From Candidatus Actinomarinales bacterium (GTDB taxonomy: Bacteria > Actinomycetota > Acidimicrobiia > Actinomarinales > Actinomarinaceae): 54,832 nt of DNA. Made by a program: the position numbers and the translations under genes. Numbering within the stretch: position 1 is the first letter of the stretch; each line of letters starts with the position of its first letter. Positions 28,963-41,415 of this stretch are shown piece after piece. The notes under the pieces are model-generated. The model was not told where the DNA came from, ran no database searches, and saw only the letters and a list, made by a program, of their open reading frames with translations. The stretch spans positions 1-54,832 of the forward strand of contig SGYR01000004.1 of assembly GCA_004213405.1 (NCBI GenBank), in the 5' to 3' direction.

Positions 28963-29253
28963 CTATTCCATCGAAGGTGGAACTACGAACTTTCCATCTT
29001 TAGACTCTGGAGCATTACTAATTGCCTCATCATGAGTCAAGGATTCTACAACTTCATCCTCTTGTAGTTCTAATTCTTTTTCTAAAGGGTGTATAAATAT
29101 TTCTTGTTGCTGAGAGTCCAACTTTAAATCACTTAATGCATTTACATGCTCCAAAATAATACTTAAGTCATTGCTCAGACTGTTTTGTTCTTCTTCAGAT
29201 AAATTAATAGAAGCAAGCTTAGCTATATTTTTAATATTGAACTCATTACTCAC
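28963..29253 (-). CDS. gatC: Amidotransferase subunit C
   Basis: IAKLASINL, REDE-like QEDEV and ALSNAP..GKFVVP; directly upstream of gatA. Confidence 0.9.
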   Translation of the reverse strand: MSNEFNIKNIAKLASINLSEEEQNSLSNDLSIILEHVNALSDLKLDSQQQEIFIHPLEKELELQEDEVVESLTHDEAISNAPESKDGKFVVPPSME

Positions 29254-30293
29254 TTTTTTACTCCTAGATAGCCTGAAAGTAATTCATATGATTCTAATAG
29301 CTGTTTTTTACTAACATGTTCATTCGTTGCATGAGCTAAAAGGGGATCACCTGGTCCAAAATTTACACAAGGAATTTTGTGTTCAAAAAATCTTGCGATA
29401 TCAGTCCATGCTTGCTTTGGCTGAACCACTGCTCCTGTCTTTTTTATAAAATCGCTAATTTTCTCTTCTGATTTATTAGGCATCGCTCCGTCTGAAGTAT
29501 TTAATATTTCTACTTCAACATAATCAGAAAATAAGTTGTTAATGTAACTACCTGCTTCAGATCCATTTAGTTCGGGTGAGTATCTGAAGTTTAAATTTAA
29601 CTTTAATGTTTCTGGAATAACGTTATTAGCAATGCCAGAGGAAATTTTAGTAATTGACATCACTTGTTTAAAATTTAAACCGTCTATTTCAAGTTCTTTA
29701 ATTTCATTATCTTCAACTAACTTAATTACATCTTTAACTTTGTAAATAGGATTGTCTCCAACCCAAGGCCTTGCCGAATGTGCCGCTTTGCCACTTATTG
29801 TTAAAGTAGCATTTAAAGCACCTAAGCAACCTAATTGAATTTCATTGTCAGTTGGTTCCAAAATTATTGCAAAGTCAATATCAAAATCACTTAAAAGCTC
29901 TGGCATAATGATATTTAATCCATTGTCTTCATATGAACTTTCCTCTGCTGTATAAAAGACTCCAACTATTTCGGAAGAATTTTCGAGTAAAGAATGTAAG
30001 ATGACTGCAATGCCACCTTTCATATCAACAGATCCTCTTCCGCCAATTAAATCATCGTTATCAAATTCATATTGTTGATTAGGAACAATAGGAACGGTAT
30101 CAACGTGACCAACTAAAGCAATTTTTTTACTTGATTCACTAGGGACAGCTACTATTCCACCATTATTTCTTTTAATTTCACCTTGAAAATTATTACCTTC
30201 TAAAAATGTTTCAATAAAATCTAGAATATTATCTTCTTTGCCAGTTTCAGATTCAATAGAAATGAGCTTTAAAAAAGTATCAACTAAGTTCAA
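29250..30293 (-). CDS. dapE: Succinyl-diaminopimelate desuccinylase, actinobacterial type (M20)
   Basis: GHVDTVP, GRGSVDMKGG, AEE, HSARPWVGDN, AWTDIARF and NFGPGDPLLAH. Confidence 0.9.
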   Translation of the reverse strand: MNLVDTFLKLISIESETGKEDNILDFIETFLEGNNFQGEIKRNNGGIVAVPSESSKKIALVGHVDTVPIVPNQQYEFDNDDLIGGRGSVDMKGGIAVILHSLLENSSEIVGVFYTAEESSYEDNGLNIIMPELLSDFDIDFAIILEPTDNEIQLGCLGALNATLTISGKAAHSARPWVGDNPIYKVKDVIKLVEDNEIKELEIDGLNFKQVMSITKISSGIANNVIPETLKLNLNFRYSPELNGSEAGSYINNLFSDYVEVEILNTSDGAMPNKSEEKISDFIKKTGAVVQPKQAWTDIARFFEHKIPCVNFGPGDPLLAHATNEHVSKKQLLESYELLSGYLGVKK

Positions 30294-31102
30294 ACTTCAA
30301 CTCCAAAAGTTCTCAATGCATCAGTAAGTGAAGTTTTTTCATCAGTAGATTCTTTTCTTTTTCCAATTACTAAAGCACAAGGAGTATTAAAAACACCACT
30401 TGGAAATTCTTTTGGCCTTGTTCCTGGAATGACAACAGAATTTTCATCGACTACACCCTTAACTTCAACTGGCTCTTTACCTGTAACATCAATAATTGGT
30501 GTAGAGGCAGTAAGAGTAACATTTGCACCTATTACTGCTCCTTTTTTTATTCTGACGCCTTCAACAATAATTGAACGTGAGCCAATAAACGCCCCATCTT
30601 CAACAACCACTGGCATAGCTCCTGCAGGTTCTAGTACCCCACCAATACCAACTCCACCTGAAAGATGAACATTTTTTCCTATTTGAGCACAAGACCCAAC
30701 TGTCGCCCAGGTATCAACCATAGTTCCTGAACCAACATATGCACCAATGTTGACAAAGCCAGGCATGACAACAACTCCTGGTTCACAAAAAGCTCCATAC
30801 CTTACGACTCCAGGAGGGACGACTCTAATGCCAAGTTCTTTGTAATTCTGTTTAGGCTCTAACTTGTCATAATAAATGAGGTCATTTGCACTAATTTCTT
30901 TTAAATTTCTTATAGAAAAAAATAACAAAATGGCATCCCTTACCCATTCGTTTAGAAACCATTCATTATTTTTATGACTTGCTACTCTAATATTTCCTTT
31001 GTCGAGCTCTTGTATTGTAAATTCAATAACTGACAAATCATTTTCAGTTAAGTTATTAGGATCAATATTTATAATCTGCTCTTCTAAATTTTCTATTTTC
31101 AC
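30290..31102 (-). CDS. dapD: Tetrahydrodipicolinate N-succinyltransferase
   Basis: RVVPPG, MPGFVNIGAYV, MVDTWATVGSCAQIGKNVHLSGGVGIGGVLEP. Confidence 0.95.
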   Translation of the reverse strand: MKIENLEEQIINIDPNNLTENDLSVIEFTIQELDKGNIRVASHKNNEWFLNEWVRDAILLFFSIRNLKEISANDLIYYDKLEPKQNYKELGIRVVPPGVVRYGAFCEPGVVVMPGFVNIGAYVGSGTMVDTWATVGSCAQIGKNVHLSGGVGIGGVLEPAGAMPVVVEDGAFIGSRSIIVEGVRIKKGAVIGANVTLTASTPIIDVTGKEPVEVKGVVDENSVVIPGTRPKEFPSGVFNTPCALVIGKRKESTDEKTSLTDALRTFGVEV

Positions 31103-31140
31103 TTTGGTCTCTTTTTATTTATTAGATATCATTTTAATGT

Positions 31141-34669
<3,529 letters not shown>

Positions 34670-34673
<4 letters not shown>

Positions 34674-35815
34674 GACAGTTCCTTTATAGTCTTTTCGACA
34701 ATTTCAGCACACTTTTCACCATCACCCTTTTGTGTATTCCAACCAAAGCTGAATCTAAGATGATTATTAATAACTTGTTCATCAACTTTCATAGCTTCTA
34801 ATACGTGAGATGGTTTCTGTGCACCACTAGCGCATGCTGAGCCCCTTGAGACTCCCATTCCGTTTAAATCTAAAGCTACCATTAATGTTTCTGAATTTAT
34901 ATCTTTGAATTGTATATTAGATATATGACACAATCTCTCTACATTTTCTCCAACTACTCTTAATTCAATATTCTCTTTAAGGTAATTTTCAAATATTGTT
35001 TTTTCGTTTTCAATTAATTCAACATCTTTTTCTAGATTGTTTTGTTGTTCTTTAAGAGCTGCAGCTAATCCAGCAACACCAGAGACGTTAACTGTACCTG
35101 CTCTTCTTTCGAGTTCTTGTTTTCCACCATGTAAGAAGCTAGGAATCTTATATCCAGTCTTTAAAAACATAACTCCAATACCTTTGGGTCCGCCAATTTT
35201 GTGACCTGAAATAGCAGCACTTTCAATTCCAAGATTATGAAAGTTTAATTTTTTGGTAGCAACTGCTTGTACTACATCTGAATGAAATAATGCATTTGGA
35301 TTGATGTCCTTTACTATTTTTGACATTTCTTGAATAGGTTGTACAACTCCTGTTTCGTTATTTGCGTACATTACTGAAGCAACTAGAGTATTCGGATTAA
35401 TCGACTTTTTAAATTCATCAATATTTGTGACTCCTTCACCGTCGCATGAAACAAAATTAACATTAAATCCCTTACTATTTACATTTTCTGCAGAGGCTAG
35501 AACAGCTTCGTGTTCAATCTGAGTCGTTGTAAGCTCAGCTGAAGAGTCTTTGTCTATAAAAGGTGTTTTTATAATCCAATTATCTGCTTCAGTCCCACCA
35601 CTAGTGAACGTTATTTCATTAGGTGCTGCACCAAAACAGCTTGCTATAAATTCCCTTGACTCCTCAAGTATGTTTTTAGCTTTTCGTGACAATGCATGGC
35701 CACCAGAAGAGTTTGCATAAGCATCCATTTCTGTTTTTTTGTATGCTTCAAAAGCCACCTGACGCATTGGAGTGGTTGCTGCGTGATCTAAATATATATA
35801 ATCATTTTTATTCAT
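34670..35815 (-). CDS. iscS: Cysteine desulfurase (class V, NifS/IscS type)
   Basis: YLDHAATTP, FTSGGTEADN, SGHKIGGPKG, RAGTVN and SRGSACASG. Confidence 0.9.
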
Positions 35816-35857
35816 ATATATTTATTTTACTTATGAACTAATATTGTTTAACAAGCA

Positions 35858-36298
35858 ATGAGTAAAAGAATTGAAGTTTCAACAATCATTTACAAGCCTA
35901 TTGAAGTGGTTTGGGATGAAGTAAAAATAATGAAAAATCATGTTAATTGGATGCAAGATGCAGCAAAAATTGACTTTCTCTCTGAAAATGAAGCTGGTAT
36001 TGATACAAAAATGAAAGTTTTGACAAAAGTTGGACCATTCACTTTAAATGATATTATTACCGTAACGACGTGGGAAGAAATGAACAGTATAGGAGTAGTT
36101 CATGAGGGAATTGTTACTGGCGAAGGTGCATTTTATTTAAGTAAAGATGGTGAAAACTCAACAAAATTTCAATGGATTGAAGATTTAAAAGCTCCATATT
36201 ATCTCGGTGGACCAATTGCAGAATTTTTCGGAGGATTTGTCTTAAAATTAATCTGGAAGAAAAATTTGATGAATTTAAAAAATATTTTAGAAAAATGA
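35858..36298 (+). CDS. SRPBCC/START-like domain protein
   Basis: IYKPIEVVWDEV..HVNWMQD, TKVGPF and HEGIVTGEGAF. Confidence 0.7.
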   Translation: MSKRIEVSTIIYKPIEVVWDEVKIMKNHVNWMQDAAKIDFLSENEAGIDTKMKVLTKVGPFTLNDIITVTTWEEMNSIGVVHEGIVTGEGAFYLSKDGENSTKFQWIEDLKAPYYLGGPIAEFFGGFVLKLIWKKNLMNLKNILEK

Positions 36299-36906
36299 GG
36301 AAATTTTTTACAACCCTTTTAGTTCTACTTTTAGTTTCATGTTCAAGTACGGATATTTCTGAAGAAGCAAGTAGTGATGGAAGTCAATCTCAAGAAATAG
36401 TTTTTGAACAAGGATTTGGAAAAAACCCAAGTGAGTATGTTGCTAACTGGAATAAATTAGTTTCTGAAATTGCTAGTGATGAAGAGACTCTTTTTTATTT
36501 TTCAATAGATCCTGACAATGTTCAGTGGGCCTCTACTGATAGAAATATACTTATATACCAATTTGGTCTCAATGAAAACACTCAATCTGCATTTGTATTG
36601 AATATGCTTATTACTGATGACACTGTTGTGGGTGTTGAATTCTTTTCTCCTGTAGCTAATGATGAAGTCACAGCGCAAAGGACTCGTTTGTTCTTTTTAA
36701 TTATTATCGCTTTGTCAGATGAAACACTAGATAAAGACGGCCGAGAGTCTGTTTTATCAAAAGTTGGCCTATATGATGAAGTGGAAAGTCCAAACCAAAT
36801 TGGTGGCGGAGTTACCGTAAATTCGGTTAGATATGTAGTTGAACCACTAGTAGATCGTGGATTGTTAGTGGGAATTAACTTTTACTCAACAGGAGATTCT
36901 GAATAA
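36295..36906 (+). CDS. Hypothetical lipoprotein
   Basis: MRKFF signal with lipobox LVS-C; acidic mature region. Confidence 0.7.
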   Translation: MRKFFTTLLVLLLVSCSSTDISEEASSDGSQSQEIVFEQGFGKNPSEYVANWNKLVSEIASDEETLFYFSIDPDNVQWASTDRNILIYQFGLNENTQSAFVLNMLITDDTVVGVEFFSPVANDEVTAQRTRLFFLIIIALSDETLDKDGRESVLSKVGLYDEVESPNQIGGGVTVNSVRYVVEPLVDRGLLVGINFYSTGDSE

Positions 36907-36907
36907 C

Positions 36908-37180
36908 TTAGCTGGCAATAACTTCTACTACACCAGGTACTTTATCTTTTAATATTCTTTCAATTCCACTTTTTAAAGTTGCAATGGACATTGGACATCC
37001 TTGGCAAGCACCAAGCATTTCTATATTAACGACACCATTCTCAACAGATGCTAATTTAATGTCTCCACCATCTGCCTGTACTGCAGGGCGAATGTATTCG
37101 ATCGTATCATTTAATACCTCCATATCTACTTCAGCATTTGGATCACGATCTTTTACTTCTGGAAAATTTAAATTTGCCAT
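36908..37180 (-). CDS. NifU C-terminal (Nfu-type) Fe-S carrier
   Basis: IRPAVQADGGDI and GACQGCP (CxxC). Confidence 0.9.
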   Translation of the reverse strand: MANLNFPEVKDRDPNAEVDMEVLNDTIEYIRPAVQADGGDIKLASVENGVVNIEMLGACQGCPMSIATLKSGIERILKDKVPGVVEVIAS

Positions 37181-37183
37181 ATG

Positions 37184-38440
37184 TTAATTATATTGTATTT
37201 CACTTCCAACCGAACTCAGTAAATCAACAATATTTTCATACCCTCTCTCAATATGATCAATCCCAGTAATTATAGACTCTCCATCAGCTTGTAAAGCAGC
37301 TATTATCAAACTTGCCCCAGTTCTTATATCAGTTGAGTGGACTGGTGCGCCGGATAGTTCTTTTACTCCTTTTATCATTGCATGTTGCCAACCAGATTGT
37401 ATATCTGCACCCATTCTCTGAACTTCTGGTATCCATTGAAATCTCTGGTCATAAACATTTTCAGTAATTATTGATGTACCACTCGCTTTTAATAGACATG
37501 CCCCAAAAATAGGCTGTAAGTCTGTTGCAACTCCTGGGAAAGGAAGAGTAGAAATTTCAATTGAGGAAATTTCTTTTTCACTATTTATTTCTATAGAATT
37601 TTCATTGATAACTAAATCTGCACCCATTTCTTGAAATTTCTTTAATTCCATGGGTAAACATTCTGGATTAATCCCTTTAATTACACCTGATCCTTGCGTA
37701 GCTAAAAATGCGGCAAGGTAAGTTCCCGCAACAACCCTGTCTCCAATTACTTCATGGCTTGTACTTTTTAGAGAATCGACTCCTTGAATTGTAATTTCAC
37801 TTGTACCTTCACCATCGATTTGGGCACCCATATTTTTAAGCATCTTCACCAAATCAACAACTTCTGGTTCTCTTGCAGCATTTTCAATAATTGTTGTTCC
37901 ATCAGCTAATACAGCTGCCAATATTGTGTTCTCTGTTGCCCCAACTGAAGCATAAGGAAGATTGATTTCGACACCTTTTAGTCCATCGGTTTTTCCAATA
38001 AGCACACCGTGATCTAGTTCAAACTTAGCACCCATTTTCTCTAGTGCCTCAATATGCATTTTGACAGGTCTTGGGCCAAGCTGATCACCACCTGGAAAAG
38101 CAATTTTAGCTTCACCCTTTCTTGCTAATAAAGGGCCTAAGACGATAATTGAAGCTCTCATCTTTTGAACAACTTCATATGGAGCTTCTACTGAAATATC
38201 TGATGGAGAATTAATCTCTAAAGTTTTATCATCAAGTTTTGATGTTATTCCAAGAACATCCAAAACTTCTTGCATGTAATAAACATCTGCAATATTTGGG
38301 ACATTTTCTATTTTATATACACCTTCTGAAAGTATGGGAAGGATCATTTGCTTTAAAACAGCATTTTTTGCACCAGAAACTTTTATGTTTCCTGTTAATT
38401 TTTTACCACCAATTATTTGAATGCTTTTTTCCACTAACAT
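37184..38440 (-). CDS. murA: UDP-N-acetylglucosamine 1-carboxyvinyltransferase
   Basis: SGAKNA, MRASIIVLGPLLAR, SVGATEN, NAAREPE, PFPGVATDLQP and TDIRTGASL. Confidence 0.95.
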   Translation of the reverse strand: MLVEKSIQIIGGKKLTGNIKVSGAKNAVLKQMILPILSEGVYKIENVPNIADVYYMQEVLDVLGITSKLDDKTLEINSPSDISVEAPYEVVQKMRASIIVLGPLLARKGEAKIAFPGGDQLGPRPVKMHIEALEKMGAKFELDHGVLIGKTDGLKGVEINLPYASVGATENTILAAVLADGTTIIENAAREPEVVDLVKMLKNMGAQIDGEGTSEITIQGVDSLKSTSHEVIGDRVVAGTYLAAFLATQGSGVIKGINPECLPMELKKFQEMGADLVINENSIEINSEKEISSIEISTLPFPGVATDLQPIFGACLLKASGTSIITENVYDQRFQWIPEVQRMGADIQSGWQHAMIKGVKELSGAPVHSTDIRTGASLIIAALQADGESIITGIDHIERGYENIVDLLSSVGSEIQYN

Positions 38441-38474
38441 TGATACTACTTAAAAAATAAACGTAATAAAAGAA

Positions 38475-39128
38475 ATGATAGACTCATTAGAAATACTTAA
38501 GGAAAACAATCATATTGATTGTTCAAATAAACTTCTGGATTTAATAAGCTCTGAAATCAATGACTCTGAAAAGTATAGTCTTGGGTTATCGGGTGGAAGC
38601 ACACCTAAGTTTTTTTATGAATTATTTGCTAAAAAATATAAAAATTATTCAAATATTTATCTATGGACTGTTGATGAGAGACATGTAGATATAGATGACG
38701 AAAAATCTAATCAAAGAATGATTAATTCAATTTTCAGCAATTCAAATCTAAATATCATTGAATACTCTTATGAAGAAAATCCTGGCCATTCTGCAAAAAA
38801 CTACACCACTAAAGTTTTTAGCAAATTTGATAAATTTAATGCAGCAATATTAGGAGTTGGAGAAGATGGTCATATTGCGTCGCTATTTCCAGATACAACT
38901 GCTTTAAATGCTGATGAGAAAGGTTTTGTTCATAATGAAGTAAATATTCTCACTAGATGGAGAGTTACTTCTACTTTTGAGCTATTAAAAAATGTCGAAC
39001 ACGTATATTTACTTGTAACAGGTGATAATAAAAAAGGGATTATTGAAAAAATAGGTAAAGAAAATGATTTACCTGTAAATGAATTAATTCGTTTAAGAAA
39101 AAAAACAGTTTTATTGACTGACCAATAA
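38475..39128 (+). CDS. pgl: 6-phosphogluconolactonase
   Basis: LSGGSTP, DERHV..SN and LGVGEDGHIASLFP. Confidence 0.85.
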   Translation: MIDSLEILKENNHIDCSNKLLDLISSEINDSEKYSLGLSGGSTPKFFYELFAKKYKNYSNIYLWTVDERHVDIDDEKSNQRMINSIFSNSNLNIIEYSYEENPGHSAKNYTTKVFSKFDKFNAAILGVGEDGHIASLFPDTTALNADEKGFVHNEVNILTRWRVTSTFELLKNVEHVYLLVTGDNKKGIIEKIGKENDLPVNELIRLRKKTVLLTDQ

Positions 39129-39141
39129 AATTTATTATTTA

Positions 39142-39147
39142 TATAAT
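39142..39147 (+). promoter_or_regulatory. Putative sigma70 -10 box (TATAAT)
   Basis: Exact TATAAT ending 5 nt before the structured leader. A weak -35 candidate CTGACC lies at 39118-39123 (18-nt spacer). Confidence 0.5.
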
Positions 39148-39151
39148 ATTT

Positions 39152-39220
39152 GTAGAGTCATCTTTGTGTCAGTTTGAACCACTACACTAATCCTTCTACC
39201 CTGTTGGATGGTGACTCTAT
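39152..39220 (+). ncRNA. Candidate cis-regulatory 5' leader RNA (three-way junction), family not recognised
   Basis: P1 39152-39162/39210-39220 (11 bp, G-U pairs favour the + strand); P2 GTGT-C-AGT/ACT-ACAC with loop TTGAACC; P3 ATCC/GGAT. P1 pairs with the SD-like GGTGA. Confidence 0.6.
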
Positions 39221-39223
39221 TGT

Positions 39224-40090
39224 TTGAAAAAATATATGAAAATTAAAAATTACCTACAAATGCTTCTGACATCTTCTTTGTGGGGCTCTTCTTTTCTAAT
39301 GATGAAATATGCTTTAGAAGAATTAGACGCTTTTAATATTGCTTTCTACAGAATCCTTATAGGTATGATTTTCATTAATTTAATTGACTTCAAAAAAACT
39401 TCATTTTCATTACGCCAGCATTTTGAGTTAAGTATGGTTGGGTTGCTTTGGATGTCATTTCCTTTTTACCTATTTGCTAAAGCAGAAGAAACTATAACAT
39501 CTAGCCTTGCTGGATTAATTAATGGGTCGACCCCTATTTTTATAAGCCTTGTTGCTGTTTTAGTTTTTAAAAATAAGATCACAAAAAAACAGATTTTATA
39601 TTTAATTACTGGATTTGTAGGAATTTATTTTGTTTCATTTGGTTTTAGTAATGCATTTAGTGAATTAAACCTTGGTGCATTGTTAGCATTATTAGCTTCT
39701 GTAAGTTACGGTTTTGCGGCAAATATAGTGCAGCCTCTCATTAAAGAACACGGATCATTGAAAACATTAAAAATAGCTTTGAGATATGCAACTATAATTT
39801 CACTTGTTTTGTTAGTTGTTAACAGTGGGCCCTCTCTTCCAACTTATAATATTTCTTTATTTCCAATGCTGCTGTTAGGAGTTGGAAGTAGTGGAATCGC
39901 TTTTTTATCTTTTTATAATTTAATTGATGACGTTGGAGCAGTAGGAGGATCAATAACTGTTTATATTATTCCAATATTTTCTACTATTTTTGGATTTACT
40001 TTTCTAAATGAAGCAACTGAAGTAATTCAATTAATTGGAATATTTATTGTAATATTTTCGGCATTTCAATTTTCAAGAATTAAAAATTAA
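39224..40090 (+). CDS. EamA/DMT family transporter
   Basis: LWGSSFLMMK, SSLAGLINGSTPIF, two-repeat architecture and YIIPIFSTIFG..LNE. Start is TTG 39224 or ATG 39236. Confidence 0.9.
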   Translation: MKKYMKIKNYLQMLLTSSLWGSSFLMMKYALEELDAFNIAFYRILIGMIFINLIDFKKTSFSLRQHFELSMVGLLWMSFPFYLFAKAEETITSSLAGLINGSTPIFISLVAVLVFKNKITKKQILYLITGFVGIYFVSFGFSNAFSELNLGALLALLASVSYGFAANIVQPLIKEHGSLKTLKIALRYATIISLVLLVVNSGPSLPTYNISLFPMLLLGVGSSGIAFLSFYNLIDDVGAVGGSITVYIIPIFSTIFGFTFLNEATEVIQLIGIFIVIFSAFQFSRIKN

Positions 40091-40488
40091 TTTTTTGGGG
40101 TTACAAATAACCCTTCAGACACTGCTGCTATTTCGCCGTTGTCTAGAAATAATTCAGCCTTATAAATTGAACCCTTTTCACTAACTGAATCTCTCCATGC
40201 TTTAGCTGTAACTTTCTTATAATCTCCGGTAACTGGTCTTATGTATTTTGCAGTAAAAGTTTTAGTAACAACCATTTCGCCGAGTAAATAACTTAAAGGG
40301 CCCATTGTACAATCCATATAAGCATCAAGAATTCCACCTAAAGTAACATCCATTGGGTTAAAAAATTTCGACAGAACAGGAAAATCACAAATAAGTGATT
40401 CTTCTCGCTCATTAAACTCTACAAAGTTTCCTTCTAATTCAATATATATATTTGGAATTGGTAGGTTGCCCCATGTTTCATCACTCAT
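40087..40488 (-). CDS. PaaI/hotdog-fold thioesterase
   Basis: NPMDVTLGGILDAYMDCTMG and KYIRPV. Confidence 0.8.
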   Translation of the reverse strand: MSDETWGNLPIPNIYIELEGNFVEFNEREESLICDFPVLSKFFNPMDVTLGGILDAYMDCTMGPLSYLLGEMVVTKTFTAKYIRPVTGDYKKVTAKAWRDSVSEKGSIYKAELFLDNGEIAAVSEGLFVTPKN

Positions 40489-40509
40489 AAGTTAAGTATT
40501 TTAGTTTAA

Positions 40510-40541
40510 ATTGGCTACTTTGAATAATCAAAGTAGCCAAT
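40510..40541 (-). terminator. Stem-loop downstream of the deoC-ALDH operon (terminator or stabiliser)
   Basis: Perfect 14-bp inverted repeat ATTGGCTACTTTGA/TCAAAGTAGCCAAT with a 4-nt loop; only a weak U tract. Confidence 0.65.
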
Positions 40542-40587
40542 ACAGGGTATGAGTTATATAACTAATTTAGAATTCAAGTGTGACAGA

Positions 40588-41415
40588 TTATGTACCTTTA
40601 GGGTGCCAAACAGTTTTTGTCTCAAGATAAGGCAATATAGATGATAACCCAGAAATAGAAGGCAAAGAAACTACCCTTTTTACTGAACTAGATGCATTTT
40701 CTTGTATTCTCTTTAATCCATCCTTTTCGATTTCTTTATGTAATGCAACAAGATTTATTTCTACATGTTTACTTACATCATCAAGAATGTTTTCAAATTT
40801 TCCTGTAAGTATATTAAGTGAGCCCGCTGGAAAATCAGAGTTATTAATATCCTCAGCAAATTTTAAAGCTAAGACACTACTTTCCTCTGAGTATGAGATG
40901 ACTGAGCAACCAATAGTTACAGGAGGAAGTAAGCTCAATAAAAGCTCATTTAATGAAACTCTTGAATTACTGAGTGAGAATACTACTCCTATAGGGTTTT
41001 GATGAGAAATATTGAAATACTCTTCAGAAACTGGATTTAAATTTCCAGCTAACTGTTCCCATTTATCTGCTAATCCAGCAAACCAAATAATATTTTCTAT
41101 TGCTAGCTCTATATCTTTATTAGCTTTTTGTTTTGACATTCCATGAGAAATTAATAGTTCGATATAACTTTCTTTATTTCCCTCTATCATCTCCGAGAGT
41201 CTGTAAAGAATTTGCATTCTTGTGTAAGGTGTTAACCCATTCCATTTATTAAATCCAGATTTTGATGATGTGACGGTATCTCTTATATCTTTTCTTGATG
41301 TTAGAGGAAGTTCATAGAATTCATTTTTTAACTCTTTTGTATAAGTTTTTCCAGATTCTGAACGAACATATTTACCATCGACATAATTTTTATACGTTTT
41401 TTTAATATCTATCAT
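40588..41415 (-). CDS. Short ALDH-family protein lacking the catalytic domain
   Basis: KTYKNYVDGKYVRSESG, QILYRLSEMIE, PIGVV, PAGSLNILTG and ETKTVWHP. No ELGG, catalytic Cys loop or EIFGP. Confidence 0.8.
   Translation of the reverse strand: MIDIKKTYKNYVDGKYVRSESGKTYTKELKNEFYELPLTSRKDIRDTVTSSKSGFNKWNGLTPYTRMQILYRLSEMIEGNKESYIELLISHGMSKQKANKDIELAIENIIWFAGLADKWEQLAGNLNPVSEEYFNISHQNPIGVVFSLSNSRVSLNELLLSLLPPVTIGCSVISYSEESSVLALKFAEDINNSDFPAGSLNILTGKFENILDDVSKHVEINLVALHKEIEKDGLKRIQENASSSVKRVVSLPSISGLSSILPYLETKTVWHPKGT

Noticed and set aside
39152-39220. Assignment to purine, TPP, fluoride or SAM riboswitch, or to a tRNA remnant
   Set aside because: Only isolated words match (TTCTACC, TTGAACC, GATGACTC). 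Junction lengths and core nucleotides do not fit, and there is no cloverleaf.
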